Origin: Thermoplasmata archaeon | Lineage (GTDB): Archaea; Thermoplasmatota; Thermoplasmata; RBG-16-68-12; JAGMCJ01 | Direction of reading: 5' to 3' | Length of the DNA: 59,211 nucleotides | Assembly: GCA_046761005.1 (NCBI GenBank) | Contig: JBHIFI010000003.1 | Coordinates: 1 to 59,211 of the forward strand | In this document: positions 57,310 to 59,211 of the stretch, in pieces | Layout of the letters: every line of letters starts with the position of its first letter | Numbering within the stretch: the first letter of the stretch is position 1 | Notes under the pieces: model-generated | Told to the model about the DNA's origin: nothing | What the model saw: only the letters and a program-made list of their open reading frames with translations | The model's database searches: none | Position numbers and translations under genes: made by a program

Positions 57310-58563
57310 TTAATGTTTTGGTCCAAGAAATGCGCCTGATGGGTTTACTATGACCTCTCCCTCCTCTACAATGCGTTCACCGTGTAAGAAAGTTGCAGAG
57401 GGGAAAACACCTTTCATGCCTTCAAAGGGTGTCCAGCCGCATTTGGAATGCAAATCATCCTGTCTGATTTTTCGTGGCTTCCGAAGGTCGACTACCATAA
57501 TGTCAGCGTCGTATCCTATGTCGATTTTCCCTTTGTTCAGAGAAAGCAAGTCGGCGGGCTTCTCGCACACTGCGTCAACAAACCTATCGAGCGAGAGGCT
57601 TTTCAGTCTGACCCTTTCAAGAAGGAGAGGAATCATGGTTTCGACACCTGGCACTCCGGCGGGTGCAGAATAGAAATCTTGTTCCTTCTCATCCAGTGTG
57701 TGGGGTGCGTGGTCAGATGCCACCAAATCGATTCCTCCATTAGCAAAGGCGGACCATAGGGCATTCTGGTCGTGCTTGTACCTCAAGGGAGGGTTAACCT
57801 TCGCTAGGGTCCCCATGTTGCAATTTACGTTGAGAAAAAGATGATGGGGTGTCACCTCGCTGGTGAAGTCTGTACCAGAAAGAGATTCCAACCCTTTCTC
57901 CGATGAAAGGTGGGCTATGTGGATTCTTTGGATTCCCGTGAGCCGCCTCGCCTTTTCTATTCCGCTAACCTCAGCGCTTACAGGTCTGGATGCCAGATGA
58001 TCTTCGAGCGTCTTTTCCTCAATGTTGCTAATTTGCGCAGGATCCTCACAATGAACCGATATGAATTTCTTTGCCCTGGAAAGGTCCTTTTTCAATTCAA
58101 GAAAGCCATTGAAGTTCTCTATCGCCAAGCCTCCTGTCGACGGAGCGAAGTATATCTTGAATGCCGTGGCAACCTCAGCGAGACCTTCAATATCACTATC
58201 TTCTGTCAGTCCCGCATATAGCCCGAAGTCCACCATCGCCTTTTTTCCGATAGATTCAACTTTCTCCCTTATCCTCGTTGGAGTAGTTGCTGGAGGAATT
58301 GTATTGGGCATGTCGAGGACACAAGTTATCCCGCCACACGCAGCTGCCGTGGTTCCTGAGAGGAAATCCTCTTTCTCCGTCATTCCAGGTTCGCGGAAAT
58401 GGACATGGAGGTCGATTCCAGTGGGAAGGATGATACCGCCAAAGCGGAACTTCTCGTCTCCTTTGAGAATCCGCTTAATCTCGCTTATCTTTCCATTTTC
58501 TATGCCTATGCAGCAATCCTGCAGACTTCCACTAACGTAGGCGCGACCCTCAATGACCCTCAT
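57310..58563 (-). CDS. pyrC: Dihydroorotase (amidohydrolase superfamily)
   Basis: DLHVHFREPG metal-binding motif, VASDHAPH and a carboxylated-Lys context; 417 aa. Confidence 0.85.
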   Translation of the reverse strand: MRVIEGRAYVSGSLQDCCIGIENGKISEIKRILKGDEKFRFGGIILPTGIDLHVHFREPGMTEKEDFLSGTTAAACGGITCVLDMPNTIPPATTPTRIREKVESIGKKAMVDFGLYAGLTEDSDIEGLAEVATAFKIYFAPSTGGLAIENFNGFLELKKDLSRAKKFISVHCEDPAQISNIEEKTLEDHLASRPVSAEVSGIEKARRLTGIQRIHIAHLSSEKGLESLSGTDFTSEVTPHHLFLNVNCNMGTLAKVNPPLRYKHDQNALWSAFANGGIDLVASDHAPHTLDEKEQDFYSAPAGVPGVETMIPLLLERVRLKSLSLDRFVDAVCEKPADLLSLNKGKIDIGYDADIMVVDLRKPRKIRQDDLHSKCGWTPFEGMKGVFPSATFLHGERIVEEGEVIVNPSGAFLGPKH

Positions 58564-59164
58564 CCTTTCCTCCCAGGACGCGTCTCTCTATCTCCCCTCT
58601 CGGTGTTTTTTCTCCGAATATCTCGGCAGAGAACTTGTAGATTCTAGTATCCCTATTGAGCCAGTCATCGGCCCTCAAGCCCGCCTTCATGCAGGTGTTT
58701 GATAGAAACTCCTCGACATTCCATTCCCAGTCAATGGCAACTTGAGGCAATAGAAGGCCTCTGAATACGCCTTTTCTTGCAATAAGGCCATCTCTCCCTA
58801 TCACGATGCTCTTCAAGTATTCCTTGGGTTTCTTGACGATAACCTCTTCAGGAGGAGTAAGCAGACTTACCTCGATAACGATATTGTCCAGCTCATTTTC
58901 CCTCAAGGGCGGGAACCTCGGGTCCCTGGTGGCTTCTTGTGCAGCCTTTACGATCGCCTCTCTGAGCGGAAAGAACGGCTCGGGATATCCTATGCACCCT
59001 CGCAATTCTATCTCGGGGAACGTGTCTATAGTGACAAAGACGCCCGACTTCTCTTCAAAGCTCTTGGGAAAATCAACATCGTATTTGTCCTCTCCACGCA
59101 CATAGTTCTCAATAGTGTTCCTTGCCGCTAGAACAGCACATTCTCCCTCTTCCTTGGAATACAT
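58550..59164 (-). CDS. AMMECR1-domain protein
   Basis: RGCIGYPEP and RDPRFPPL motifs diagnostic of AMMECR1. 14-nt overlap with the pyrC start. Confidence 0.85.
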   Translation of the reverse strand: MYSKEEGECAVLAARNTIENYVRGEDKYDVDFPKSFEEKSGVFVTIDTFPEIELRGCIGYPEPFFPLREAIVKAAQEATRDPRFPPLRENELDNIVIEVSLLTPPEEVIVKKPKEYLKSIVIGRDGLIARKGVFRGLLLPQVAIDWEWNVEEFLSNTCMKAGLRADDWLNRDTRIYKFSAEIFGEKTPRGEIERRVLGGKDEGH

Positions 59165-59211
59165 CTAGGCACCTAATCGAGATGCCCCACTTAAATTCTT
59201 GTATATTCACA

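Overview
Archaeal chromosomal window. Markers are Top6A/B, MCM, RadB, NAC, ABCE1, uL16/L10e, archease, Dph2, NMD3 and SRP RNA. SD-like GGAGGTG/GGTGAT motifs and TATA boxes sit about 25-30 nt upstream of the RNA genes. I support about 57 protein genes, one tRNA-Arg(GCG) and one SRP (7S) RNA. I saw no CRISPR array, transposase or integrase.

Regions 1-35 kb and 53.6-59.2 kb are tightly packed housekeeping. They hold a DRG GTPase, carbamate kinase, topoisomerase VI, pyruvate:ferredoxin oxidoreductase with a fused gamma-delta subunit, adenylate kinase, and alternative-mevalonate/isoprenoid genes (decarboxylase homolog, IPK, IDI-2, GGPP synthase). They also hold preQ0/archaeosine genes (queE/C/D), Dph2, MfnA, a class I fumarate hydratase, an NMD3-DUF424-MCM operon and two vapBC pairs.

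Region 35.1-53.6 kb looks accessory and compositionally mosaic. It contains a low-GC surface protein and a minimal type IV pilus-like module: two pilin-like proteins, a Cys-rich unknown, an ArlI/PilB-type ATPase and an ArlJ/TadC-type platform. It also contains two tandem paralogous giant S8 subtilases (1223 and 1711 aa), then a KaiC-like ATPase and a wHTH protein.

The pilus-like module wedged between giant secreted hydrolases is my best candidate for an undescribed functional system. Many ORF-track starts are over-extended; I give corrected starts where an SD motif, a 4-nt overlap or a family-typical N-terminus supports them. All functions come from motif recognition by eye. No searches were run.
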